Positions 12,569 to 22,434 of a stretch of DNA of 64,000 nucleotides are shown in pieces. Location of the stretch: positions 6,386,001-6,450,000 of the forward strand of contig NC_086098.1 of the NCBI RefSeq assembly GCF_963921235.1. The letters run 5' to 3'. The DNA comes from Mobula hypostoma. Lineage: Eukaryota. Position numbers and translations under genes: made by a program. The notes under the pieces were generated by a model, which was given only the letters and a program-made list of their open reading frames with translations, was not told the origin of the DNA and did not search any database. Each line of letters starts with the position of its first letter. Positions within the stretch are counted from its first letter, which is position 1.

Positions 12569-12819
12569 TCAGAAGCATGGTGACAGTTATGGGCTGCCCC
12601 CAGCACAATCCTTGCTGATTTGATTTGACACAAGCAATCTATTTCACCATATATTTTGTTGTACATGTGACAATTAAAGCTAATCTAATCTAATATAATC
12701 TGTTTATCTAACAGCCGCTCAATATCACTACCAAATTCTCTTTCACCATCACCCCGCGCAGTTTGCTCCAAGCACACACCAGTCTGTGGGTTCAGTGCTT
12801 GTCCCACACAATTCCTTAA

Positions 12820-12950
12820 GAAAAATACACAAGATTCTGCAGATGCTGGAAATTTTGAGCAACACACGCAAAATGCTGGAGGAACTCAGCAGGCCAGGCT
12901 GCATCTATAAACAGTTGACATTTCCAGGCCAAGATACTTCATCAGGACTG
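12820..12950 (-). mobile_element. Short Penelope-derived 3' module with hammerhead motif (12912-12950)
   Basis: Minus strand cagtc CTGATGA agtatcttggcctg GAAA tgtc aactg, followed by gatgcagcctggcctgctgagttcctccagca. Confidence 0.7.
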
Positions 12951-13135
12951 ATCAGGACAATGAAATTCTGTGCATATGTCGCATCATGGGTGACGCTAGT
13001 GATCCAGGCTCAATTCCTGCCATGAGCTGTAAAGAGTTTGGACATTATCCTCTTGACAGTGTGGGTGTCCTCCTCTGTGAGTTCCAGTCTCACATTTCTG
13101 ATTTGATTCAGATTCAGATTTATTTATGACATGAA

Positions 13136-13188
13136 CAGCACTGTGCAAAGTCTTAGACGCATCATCTATAGACTTTTGCACAATACTG
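13136..13188. mobile_element. Tiny palindromic Tc1-type MITE
   Basis: cagcactgtgcaaagtct..agacttttgcacaatactg. Relatives at 31630-31696 and 63433-63954. Confidence 0.55.
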
Positions 13189-13226
13189 TAGTAATTTTAT
13201 GTATTCTGATATGGGTCTCAGGCCGA

Positions 13227-13325
13227 TAGTCCTGACGAAGGGTCTCGACCTTAAACGTCGACTGTACCTCTTCCTAGAGATGCTGCCTGGCCTGCTGAGT
13301 TCACCAGCAACTTTGATGTGTGTTG
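13227..13325 (+). mobile_element. Short Penelope-derived 3' module with hammerhead motif (13228-13263)
   Basis: agtc CTGACGA agggtctcgacct TAAA cgtc gact, then gatgctgcctggcctgctgagttcaccagca. Confidence 0.7.
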
Positions 13326-13329
13326 CATG

Positions 13330-15835
13330 ACACAACTATGGCTGACAAGGGAAGCCAAAGCAACATAAAAGCTAAAGAGAGGAAAAATTACTGAGAAGTT
13401 AGAGGTTTGGGAAACTTTTAAAAATCAACAGAAGGTAACTAAAAAGGTCATTAAGGAGGAAAAGATAGAATACAAAGGTAAGGTAGCCAATAATATTAAA
13501 GAGGAAACATTTCTTTAAACACTTGTATTGTAAAAGAGAGGCGAAAGTGGATATCGGACTGCTGGGTAATGATGCTGGAGAGGTAGTAATGGAGGAGAAG
13601 GAAAGTTTTTCGAGGAGGTTACCAGGAAAGTGGATGAAGGGAAGGCAGTGGATATTGTCTACATGGACTTCAGTAAGGCCTTTGACAAGGTCCCGCATGG
13701 GAGGTTAGTTAGGAAAATTCAGTCGCTAGGTATACATGGAGAGGTGGTAAATTGAATTAGACATTGGCTCGATGGAAGAAGCCAGAGAGTGGTAGTAGAG
13801 AATTGCTTCTCTGAGTGGAGGCCTGTGACTAGTGGTGTGCCACAGGGATCAGTGCTGGGTCCATTGTTATTTGTCATCTATATCAATGACCTGGATGATA
13901 ATGTGGTAAATTGGATCAGCAAGTTTGCTGATGATACAAAGATTGGAGGTGTAGTAGACAGTGGGGAAGGTTTTCAGAGCCTGCAGAGGGACTTGGACCA
14001 GCTGGAAAAATGGGCTGAAAAATGGCAGATGGAGTTTAATACTGACAAGTGTGAGGTATTGCACGTTGGAAGGACAAACCAACGTAGAACATACAGGGTT
14101 AATGGTAAGGCACTGAGGAGTGCAGTGGAACAGAGGGATCTGGGAATACAGATACAAAATTCCCTAAAAGTGGCGTCACAGGTAGATAGGGTCGTAAAGA
14201 GAGCTTTTGGTACATGCCCTTTATTAATTAAAGTATTGAGTATAAGAGCTGGAATGTTATGATGAAATTGTATAAGGCATTGATAAGGCCGAATCTGGAG
14301 TACTGTGTTCAGTTTTGGTCACCAAATTACAGGAAGGATATAAATAAGGTTGAAAGAGTGCAGAGAAGGTTTACAAGGATGTTGCCGGGACTTGAGAAAC
14401 TCAGTTACAGAGAAAGGTTGAATAGGTTGGGACTTTATTCCCTGGAGCATAGAAGAATGAGGGGAGATTTGATAGAGGTATATAAAATTATGACGGGTAT
14501 AGATAGAGTGAATGAGTGAATGCAACCAGGCTTTTTCCACTGAGGCAAGGGGAGAAAAAAACCAGAGGACATGGGTTTAGGGTGAGGGGGAAAAAGTTTA
14601 AAGGGAACATTAGGGGGGGCTTCTTCACACAGAGAGTGGTGGGAGTATAGAATGAGCTGCCAGACGAGGTGGTAAATGCGGGTTCTTTTTTAACATTTAA
14701 GAATAAATTGGACAGATACATGGATGGGAGGTGTATGGAGGGATATGGTCCTTGTGCAAGTCAGTGGGACTAGGCAGAAAATGGTTCGGCACAGCCAAGA
14801 AGGGCCAAAAGGCCTGTTCTGTGCTGTAGTTTCTATGGTTTCTAAAATGGTATTTTGTATCAGTCTCCACTGTGGAAGACACTAGTAATATGGGAGAATT
14901 TCCAGAGTGTCAGCAGGGGGAAGTGTGTGAAGTTGTCATTACTAATCAGAGGTTTCTTGGGAATCTGAATGATCTGCAGGTGCATACAGCATCAGGACTG
15001 ATCAGGCTGATGAAATACTGGTACATAATGAACTAGGTGGTGTAAAACCAGGGTTCTGAAAGAGGTGGCTGAAGAGATTGTGGAGGCATTAGTACTGATC
15101 TTTCAAGAATCAGTTGATTGTGGCATGGTTCCGGAGGACTGCAAAATTGCAAAGGTTACTCCAGTCTTCAAGAAGGAAGAGAGGCAGGAGAAAGGAAATT
15201 ATAGGCCAGTTAGTCTGACCTCAGTGGTTGGAAAGATGTTGGAGTTGATTGGGTTCAGGGTAATTGAAAGCACATGATAAAATAGGCTGTAGTCGGCATG
15301 GTTTCATTAAGGGAAAACGTTGCCTGACAAACCTTTTGACTTCTTTGAAAAATTATCAAGCAGGATAGACAAAGGATAATCAGTGTATGTTGTGCACTTG
15401 GATTTTCATAAGGCCATTGGCAAGGTGTCACACATGAGGCTGCTTAACAAATTAAGAGCCCATGGTATTTTTGGAAAGATACTAGCATGGATAAAGCAGT
15501 GGCTGATTAGCAGGAGGCAAAGAGTGGGAATAAAGGGAGTCTCTTTTGGTTGGCTGCCAGTGACTGGTGGTGTTCTACAGGAGTCTCTGTTGGGACCAAT
15601 TCTTTTCACGTTATAAGTCAGTGATTTGGATGATGAAATTGATGGCTTTGTGGCCAAATTGTGGACAATACCATGATAGGTAGAGGGGCAGGTAGTTTTG
15701 ATGATGTAGGAGGCTACTACAGGAGGACGGAGCCAGAGTAGAAGAATGGGCAAAGAAATGGCAGATGAAATATAGAGTCGGGATGTGTATAGTCATGCAC
15801 TTTGGTAGAAGAAATAAAAGGATAGACTATCTTCC
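13330..15835 (+). mobile_element. Older degenerate CR1 ORF2, interrupted by a younger CR1 (13604-14844)
   Basis: Peptides VPEDCKIAKVTPVFKK..NYRPVSLTSVVGK and LDFHKAIGKVSH, with many stops. Confidence 0.8.
13604..14844 (+). mobile_element. Young CR1 LINE, 5'-truncated
   Basis: GVPQGSVLGPLLF..KFADDTK..LEYCVQFWSP with a gtttctatggtttcta tail. Near-identical to the reverse complement of 54462-55793. Confidence 0.93.
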
Positions 15836-15844
15836 AAATAGAAT

Positions 15845-16430
15845 AAAATATTAATAAATACATAAATTATTATAAATACATAAATAAGCAATACTTATGA
15901 GATGAAGAGTCCCTGAAAGTGAGTCCATAGGTTGTGGGAACAGTTCAGTGATGAGGCGAGTGAAGTTCAGTCAAGTTATCTCACTGCTTCAAGACTCTGA
16001 TTGTTGTTGGGTAGTAACTGTTCCCGAACCTGGTGGTGTGAGTTCTGAGGCTCTTGTACCTTCTTCCTGATGGCACGAGTGAGAAGAGAGCATGACCTGG
16101 GTGGTGCTGTCCTTGCTGATGGACGCTGCTTTCCCCTGACAGCATTTCATGTAGATGAGCTCAATGGTGTGGAGGGCTTTACCTGTGGTGGACTGGGTCA
16201 TACCCACTACTTTTTGTAGGATTTTCTATCCAAGGGCATTGGTGTTTCCATACCAAGCTGCAATGCAACCAGTCAATATACTCTCCACCACATATCAATA
16301 GAAGTTTGTCAAAGCTTTAGATGTCTTGCTGAATTTTTGGAATCTCTTAAGGAAGTAGAGGTAGTGCTGTGTTTTTTTTTATAATCACTTTTGCATGCTG
16401 GGCCATGAACAGGTCTTTTGAAATGATAAT
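15845..16430 (-). mobile_element. Rex/Babar-type LINE 3' fragment
   Basis: Minus-strand peptide CCQGKAASISKD.. and nucleotide ccatcaggaagaaggtacaagagcctc..accaggttcgggaacagttactac, followed by an AT-rich tail. Confidence 0.6.
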
Positions 16431-16611
16431 GTTGAGGAAATGGAGGGCCAAGTGGGGTTAGATTGATCTTGGAGTATGTTAAAATGGTTGGCACAACATC
16501 ATGGGCCAAAAAGCCTGTACTGTGCTATTTAAAAACCCAAACATGAGGAAATCTGCAGATGCTGGTTGTTATATGTTCTACATGTTCTATATACATTAGA
16601 GGAATGGAACT

Positions 16612-18085
16612 TTTTAAATATATTTATTCATTTACAGGATGTGGGCATCACCAGCTAAGCCAGCATTTATAGCCCATCCTTAGCTGCCCTTGAGAAGGTG
16701 GTGATGAACTGCCTTCTCGAACCGCTGCCGTCCCTCAGGTGTAGGTACACCCATGGTGCTGTTAGGGATGAGATACCGTGATTTTGACCCAGTGACAATG
16801 AAGGAATGACGATATGTTTCCAAGTCAGGATGATGAGTGACTTGGAGGGGAATTTCCAAGTGGTGATGTTCCCAGGTATCTGCTATTCTCGTCCTTCTAG
16901 ATGGTAGTGGTCATGGGTCTAGAAGGTGCTGCCTTAGGAATTTTGGTGTGTTGTTGCAGTGCATCTTGTATATTTAAACACTGCTGCAACAGTTCGTCAA
17001 TGGTGGAGGGATTGGATGCTTGTGGAAGGGGTACCAATCTGGTGGGCTGCCTTGTACTGGATGGTGTCGAGCTTCCTGAGTGTTGATGGAGGGGCACTCA
17101 ACCAGGCAAGTGGTGAGTATTCCATTACCATATAACCATATAACAATTACAGCATGGAAACAGACCATCTCGGCCCTTCTAGTCCATGCCGAACTCCTAC
17201 TCTCACCTAGTCCCACCAACCTGCACTCGGTCCATAACCCTCCATTCCCTTCCTGTCCATATATCTATCCAATTTAACTTTACACTCCTCACCCAAGCCT
17301 TGTAGATGGTGGACAGGCTTTGGGGAGTCAGGAGGTGAGTTACACGCCACAGGAGTCCTGGCCTTTGACCTGCTCTGGTAGCCACGGTGTTTATATAGCT
17401 AGACTGGTTCAGTTTCCTGTCAATGGTAACCCCCAGGATGTTGAGATTCAGTGAAGGTGATGCCACTGAATGTCAAGGGACAATGGTTAGAGCCTCTCTT
17501 GTTGGAGATGGTCATTAGCTGGCACTTGCTCGAATGTTACTTGCCACTTGCCAACCCAAGCCTGGATATTGCCCAGGTCCTGCTGCATTTGAGTATGAAC
17601 TGCTTCACTATCTGAGGAGTGCAGAACATTGTGCAATCATCTGTGACCATCCCCATTTCTGACTTTATGATGGAAAGAGGGTCATTGATCAGGCAGCTGA
17701 AGATGGTTGGTCCTAGACACTTCCCTGAGGAACTCCTGCAGTGATGTCCTGAGGATTGGATGATTGACCTGCAGCCACCACAACCATCTTCCTTTGTGTC
17801 AGGTACGATTCCAACCAGCGGTGGGTTCTCTCCCTAATTCACAATGAATCCAAACTGGGCATCCATAAGTAGGTTATTGCCGAGTAAGTGCTGCATGATA
17901 GGACTGTTGGTGACTCCTTCCATTACTTTGCTGATGATTGAGAGTAGGCTGATAGGGTGGTAATTGGCTGGGTTGTGTGTACAGGACACGCCTGGTCAAT
18001 TCTCCACGTTGCTGGGCAGATGCTAGTATTGCAGCTGTACTGGAACAGTTTGGTTAGTGGCGTGGCAAGTTCTGGAGCACAAGTT
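16612..18085 (-). mobile_element. CR1/L2-group LINE, degenerate RT C-terminal half (contains a short CR1 tail insertion at ~17125-17280)
   Basis: LNILGVTIDRKLN..INTVATRAGQRPGLLWRVTHLLTPQSLSTIYKA. Confidence 0.75.
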
Positions 18086-18399
18086 AACCAAATAAAAATA
18101 AGTTCTCTGCTTTACAAAACCAACCCCAGCGGAGATGGGGAATAGAGATGTCTTCACCAGCACATAGTTTAATAACTTTCAGGCTTGTTTTTATTAAAGG
18201 AAGTAACCCAATTCTATTCGTTTTCCCTGACAACTGACTGGAATTGGATCAGCTTTTGGGTTTGTGTTGGGACATAACTGGGTTCTGGTTGCTGTAGCCA
18301 TACCATTACTGAGAGTTTTCATGTCTGATTTGGACACGTATTTATTACATGCACAGTGAAATGCACCATTTGCTTTAGCAACCAACACAACCTAAGAAA

Positions 18400-19410
18400 G
18401 CTGGCAGATGCTGGAAATCCAGAGCAACACACACAAAATGCTGGAGGAACTCAGCGAGCCAGGCAGCATCTGTAAGCAGTTAATGCTTCAGGCTGAGACC
18501 CTGCTTCAGAACTGAGAAAGAAGGGGGAAGATGCCAGAGGAAAAAGGTGATGGGAGGGGAAAGGCTAGCTGGAAGGTGATAGCTGAGGCCAGATGAGTGG
18601 GAAAGGTCAAGGGCTGGAGAAGAAAGTATCTGATAGGAAAGGGTAGTGGACAATGGAGAAATGAAAGGGGGAGGGGACCCAGGAAAAGTAATAGGCAGAT
18701 GAGAAGAAGTGAAAGATCACGGCGTGGAATAGGGGAGGGGGAATTTGTTCACCAGCAGGAGAAATCGATATTCGTGCCAACAGGTTGAAGGGTACTCAGA
18801 CAGAATATAAGGTGTCACTCCTCCACACTGAGGCACAAGCGGAGCCCATGATCAACTTGTTGGAACAGGAATGGGAATCGGAATTGAAATGCTTGGCCGT
18901 TGGGAAGTCCCGCTTGTGGGAGAGGTGCTCAATGAAGCAGTCCCCTAATTTATGACGGGACTCACCAATGTAGAGGAGGCTGCATCAGGAGCACCAGGCA
19001 CAATAGACAACCACAGCAGGTTTGCAGGTGAAGTGTTGCCTCACCTGGAACAACTGTTTGGCGCCCTGAATGGAGGTGAGGGAGAAGGTGTAGGGGCAGG
19101 TATAGCACTTAGGCCTTTTGAAAGGATAAGTGCCTGAAGGGAGATTAGTGGGGATGGATGAACGGACAAGGGAATTGCACAGGGAGCAATCCCAGTAGAA
19201 AGCAGAAATGTGGAACAGGTAACGATATGTTTAGTAGTAGGATCCCTTTGGAGATGGTGAAAGTTGCAGAGGATAATATGCTGGATTCAGAGGCCGATGG
19301 TGTGGTACGTAAGGACAAGAGGAACTCTATCACAATTAAAGCAACGGGAAGATGGGGTGAGCATGGATGTATGGGAAATGGAAGCGATGTGGGTGAGGGT
19401 AGCAGCACCT
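18400..19410 (-). mobile_element. Penelope-like retroelement, degenerate 3' portion
   Basis: Colinear with 498-1862 (e.g. CDRVPLVLTYH and the GIY-YIG region ~18880-19070), ending in a degenerate hammerhead module at ~18477-18513. Confidence 0.8.
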
Positions 19411-19419
19411 CTGGCATTT

Positions 19420-20030
19420 TGGGTGCAACAAAATCTAAGGATGTGTTGAGGCAGCCCTAATGTGTCACTGCGTATCCTGGTGCCAACAGGGCAGATCCAC
19501 AATGCTTAGCTGAACACAAGCAGCACAACAACAACAACAAAATGACAAGAGCAAAACAAGCACCTTTACTCCCTCCTACTCACCCACCCACGTGAACACA
19601 TACGATAGACAGGACTCCAACCGCAGCACAGGCTGCCTCCAGGCCTGCAACATCCCACTCCTGGTACAGACTCGCAGACTCGCAGATATCGAGCCTTCGA
19701 CTTCCGCACATGCTGACCTGGAGAGCTCGTCCGTCAGGCCTCAACTTCCGGCACTGTCGACTTTGGTCTTCGTTGTAGGGCTTTGACCTTCAGTGTCAAT
19801 GCCAGGACCTACCGACCAGGGGAATTTGAACTGCAGGTTCATCTGGGCTTTCAGCCTTGCTGACTTCAGCGGTGCCGGGGTGCGCAATTGTCCCGGAATC
19901 GGTTTTGCAGGCTCACAGACATCAGGCCTCTGATCTCCGGGCATGTCGACCCAGGGGTTTCAACCACTGGGAATTGATTCTGGCCTTGTTGACTTCGGTC
20001 TTTGATCTTACGTCTTTCAGCTCTGTCCTT
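19420..20030. repeat. Unclassified GC-rich dispersed repeat, related to 62800-63370 and ~45210-45350
   Basis: Shared motifs acagactcgcagatatc, ctcacagacatcaggcctc and ggcctcaacttcc. Confidence 0.5.
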
Positions 20031-20084
20031 AAGAAAGTGTTGTGTATGGATGTTATTTCACCATTTTAACATGTTATGGATATT

Positions 20085-20870
20085 ATCATGGTGACCTGAT
20101 AGAGGTGTATAAAATGATAAAAGGGATAGACTGAGTAGACAGCCAGAGACTTTCTTCTCAGCATGGAAGTCACAAATGTTAAGGTGATTAGTGAGTATTG
20201 TGGGATATCAGAGGTAGACTTTTTACACAGAGAGTGGTGGGTGCATAGGGTGTATGGGGTGCCCAGAAAGGGGTAGCACCTCTGATAAAGGGGCTTGTCG
20301 TGTCCATTCCGGGACCACTCACTCAGCTCTCACCTGTGGCTACAAGTAGCTCTTTGCACGTAACAGCAGCCACACCCTGGTAAACATCTTTGACAGGCGC
20401 CACTAAACCAGCTAGAGGGCCTCATACCCCCATGACATAGGGACATGCCTATCCTAGCATGTGAATTCAGCTCCTGCGAACTGGGAAAATGAGACCTACA
20501 GTGAGATCCAATGACCAGGAAGGTGTACTGCAACACTCCGTGGACAGCCAAGGGCATGGTTTGTACCACTGGACCCAAACTTCTGAGGTCGAGAGAGAGA
20601 AACCATCCCAGAGTAACAGCTTTTCCAGTTTAAAAACTCTCCCACGCAGGTTTCCTGTCATCTTTGGACATGAAGGAGAGTCACCACCAACCCAGAGGGT
20701 GGCAGAAGCAGACACATTCGGGACATTTAAGGATCTCTTAGATAGGTAGACGAACGATAGAAACATGGAGGGTTGTGGTGGAGAGAAGGTTTAGATTGAT
20801 TGTGAAGTAAGCTAAATGGTTGGAAAAACATCACAGGCCGAAGGGCTGATACTGTACTGCAGTGTTCTCT
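20085..20870 (+). mobile_element. CR1 3' fragment, interrupted
   Basis: gacctgatagaggtgtataaaatgat..ttttacacagagagtggtggg..gacatttaagg..gataggt, all CR1 3' motifs. Confidence 0.75.
20248..20690 (+). mobile_element. Unclassified non-coding insertion in CR1, possibly RTE-related non-autonomous element
   Basis: About 440 bp foreign to CR1, with CR1 resuming at 20691. Ends in a short (ACC)n run. Confidence 0.45.
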
Positions 20871-20979
20871 GGTCGATATTCCATCTTCTATGTTCTGTTC
20901 AGAATAAAGGAATCAACAGTCTGTAGTCCAATTCCCAGGAGCAGCTTATCAGCAACTAATTGCAATCTTAGAAAAAAAA

Positions 20980-22430
20980 ACATTGAAGAGTACAGCACAG
21001 GAACAGGCTCTTCAGCCCACAGCATTGTGCCAAACCAGCTAAAAAGTAAAATCAAAGACTTCCAGAAGCTATCCATCCTACCTACATAATACTTTATACT
21101 TTATACTTTATTGTCGCCGAACAATTGGTACTAGAACGTACAATCATCACAGCGATATTTGATTCTGCGCTTCACACCCCCTGGATTACAAATATTAAAT
21201 ATTATAAATATTAAAAATAGTTAAAATTAGTAAATATTAAAAATTTAAATTATTAAATCATAAATAGAAAATAGAAAAATGGGAAGTAAGGTAGTGCAAA
21301 AAAGCTGAGAGGCAGGTCCGGATATTTGGAGGGTACGGCCCAGGCCAGGGTCAGGATCCGTTCAGCAGTCTAGTCTTATCACAGTTGGAAAGAAGCTGTT
21401 CCCAAATCTGGCTGTACGAGTCTTCAAGCTCCTGAACATTCTCCCGGAGGGAAGAGGGACGAAAAGTCTGTTGGCTGAGTGGGTCGTGTCCTTGATTATC
21501 CTGGCAGCACTGCCCCGACAGTGTGCAGTGTAAAGTGCCCATATCCCTCCAACTTCCTCATATTCATGTGCCCATCTAAACATCTCTTAAAAGCTTCTAA
21601 TGTGTTTGCCTCTATAACCACACCAGGCAGCACATTCCAGGCATCCACCACTCTCTGAGTAAAAAACTTTCCCCTCCCATCCCCTTTGAACCTACCCCCT
21701 CTCACCTTCAATGCATGCCTTCTGGTATTAGACATTTCTACTTTGGGAAAAAGATACTCCCTGTCTTACTCTATTTATGCCACTCATAATCATATAAACC
21801 TCTATCAGATCTCACCTCTGTCTCCATCACTCCAAAGAAAACAACCAAGTTGATCTGGCCTCCCAAGACAGTACATGCCCTCTAATCCAGGCAACATCCT
21901 GGTAAACCTCTTCTGCACCCTCTCCAAAGCCTCAACATCCTTCCTGTAGTGGGGCGACCGGTATGCAGTATTCCAGATATGGCCTAACCAGAGTTTTATA
22001 AAGTTGCAACATAATCCCTTGACTTTTGAACTCAGTGCCTTGACTAACAAAAGTAAGCATTCCATAAGCCTTCTTCAATACCCTATCGATTTGTGCAGCC
22101 ATTTTCAAGGAGCTATGAACTTGACCCCAAGATCTCTCTGCTCAGTAACGCTGTTAAGGGTCTTGCCCTTAACAGTGTACTGTCTCCTTGCATTTGCCCT
22201 ATCAAGGTGCAACACCTCACATTTATCTGGGTTAAACCCCATCTGTCAATTCTCCAGCAATTTCCCTACAATTGACATGAGAATCACAAGTCTATAAGTC
22301 CCAGGACTTTCCCATGTTGCCTTCTTAAATAGAGGTACATTACCCACTCGCTAGAGAGGATACGAAGATACTGGTCAAGGCCCCAACAATCTCATCTCTT
22401 GCCTCTCTCAAAAACTTGGGGTAAATCCCA
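20980..22430 (-). mobile_element. CR1 LINE 3' part, interrupted by a Rex-type fragment
   Basis: YRKDVEALERVQKRFTRMLPGL and HALKVRGGRFKGDGRGKFFTQRVVDAWNVLP. Confidence 0.85.
21088..21532 (-). mobile_element. Rex/Babar-type LINE 3' fragment, second family, (ATAAAGT)n tail
   Basis: SAARIIKDTTHSANRLFVPLPSGR..FGNSFFPTVIRL. Sister copy at 42921-43320. Confidence 0.75.
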
Positions 22431-22434
22431 TTCA

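Larger units (their letters stand above)
7465..12690 (+). mobile_element. HE1/V-SINE-like SINE split into three parts (7465-7560, 10067-10154, 12568-12690) by Rex1 and Tx1 insertions
   Basis: The joined pieces reproduce the motif order of the uninterrupted copy at 49858-50220 (ctgtaaggagttt / tgctccagtttcctcccacattcc / agaagc..ggctgccccagcaca / tgtgacaa.taaag). Confidence 0.65.
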
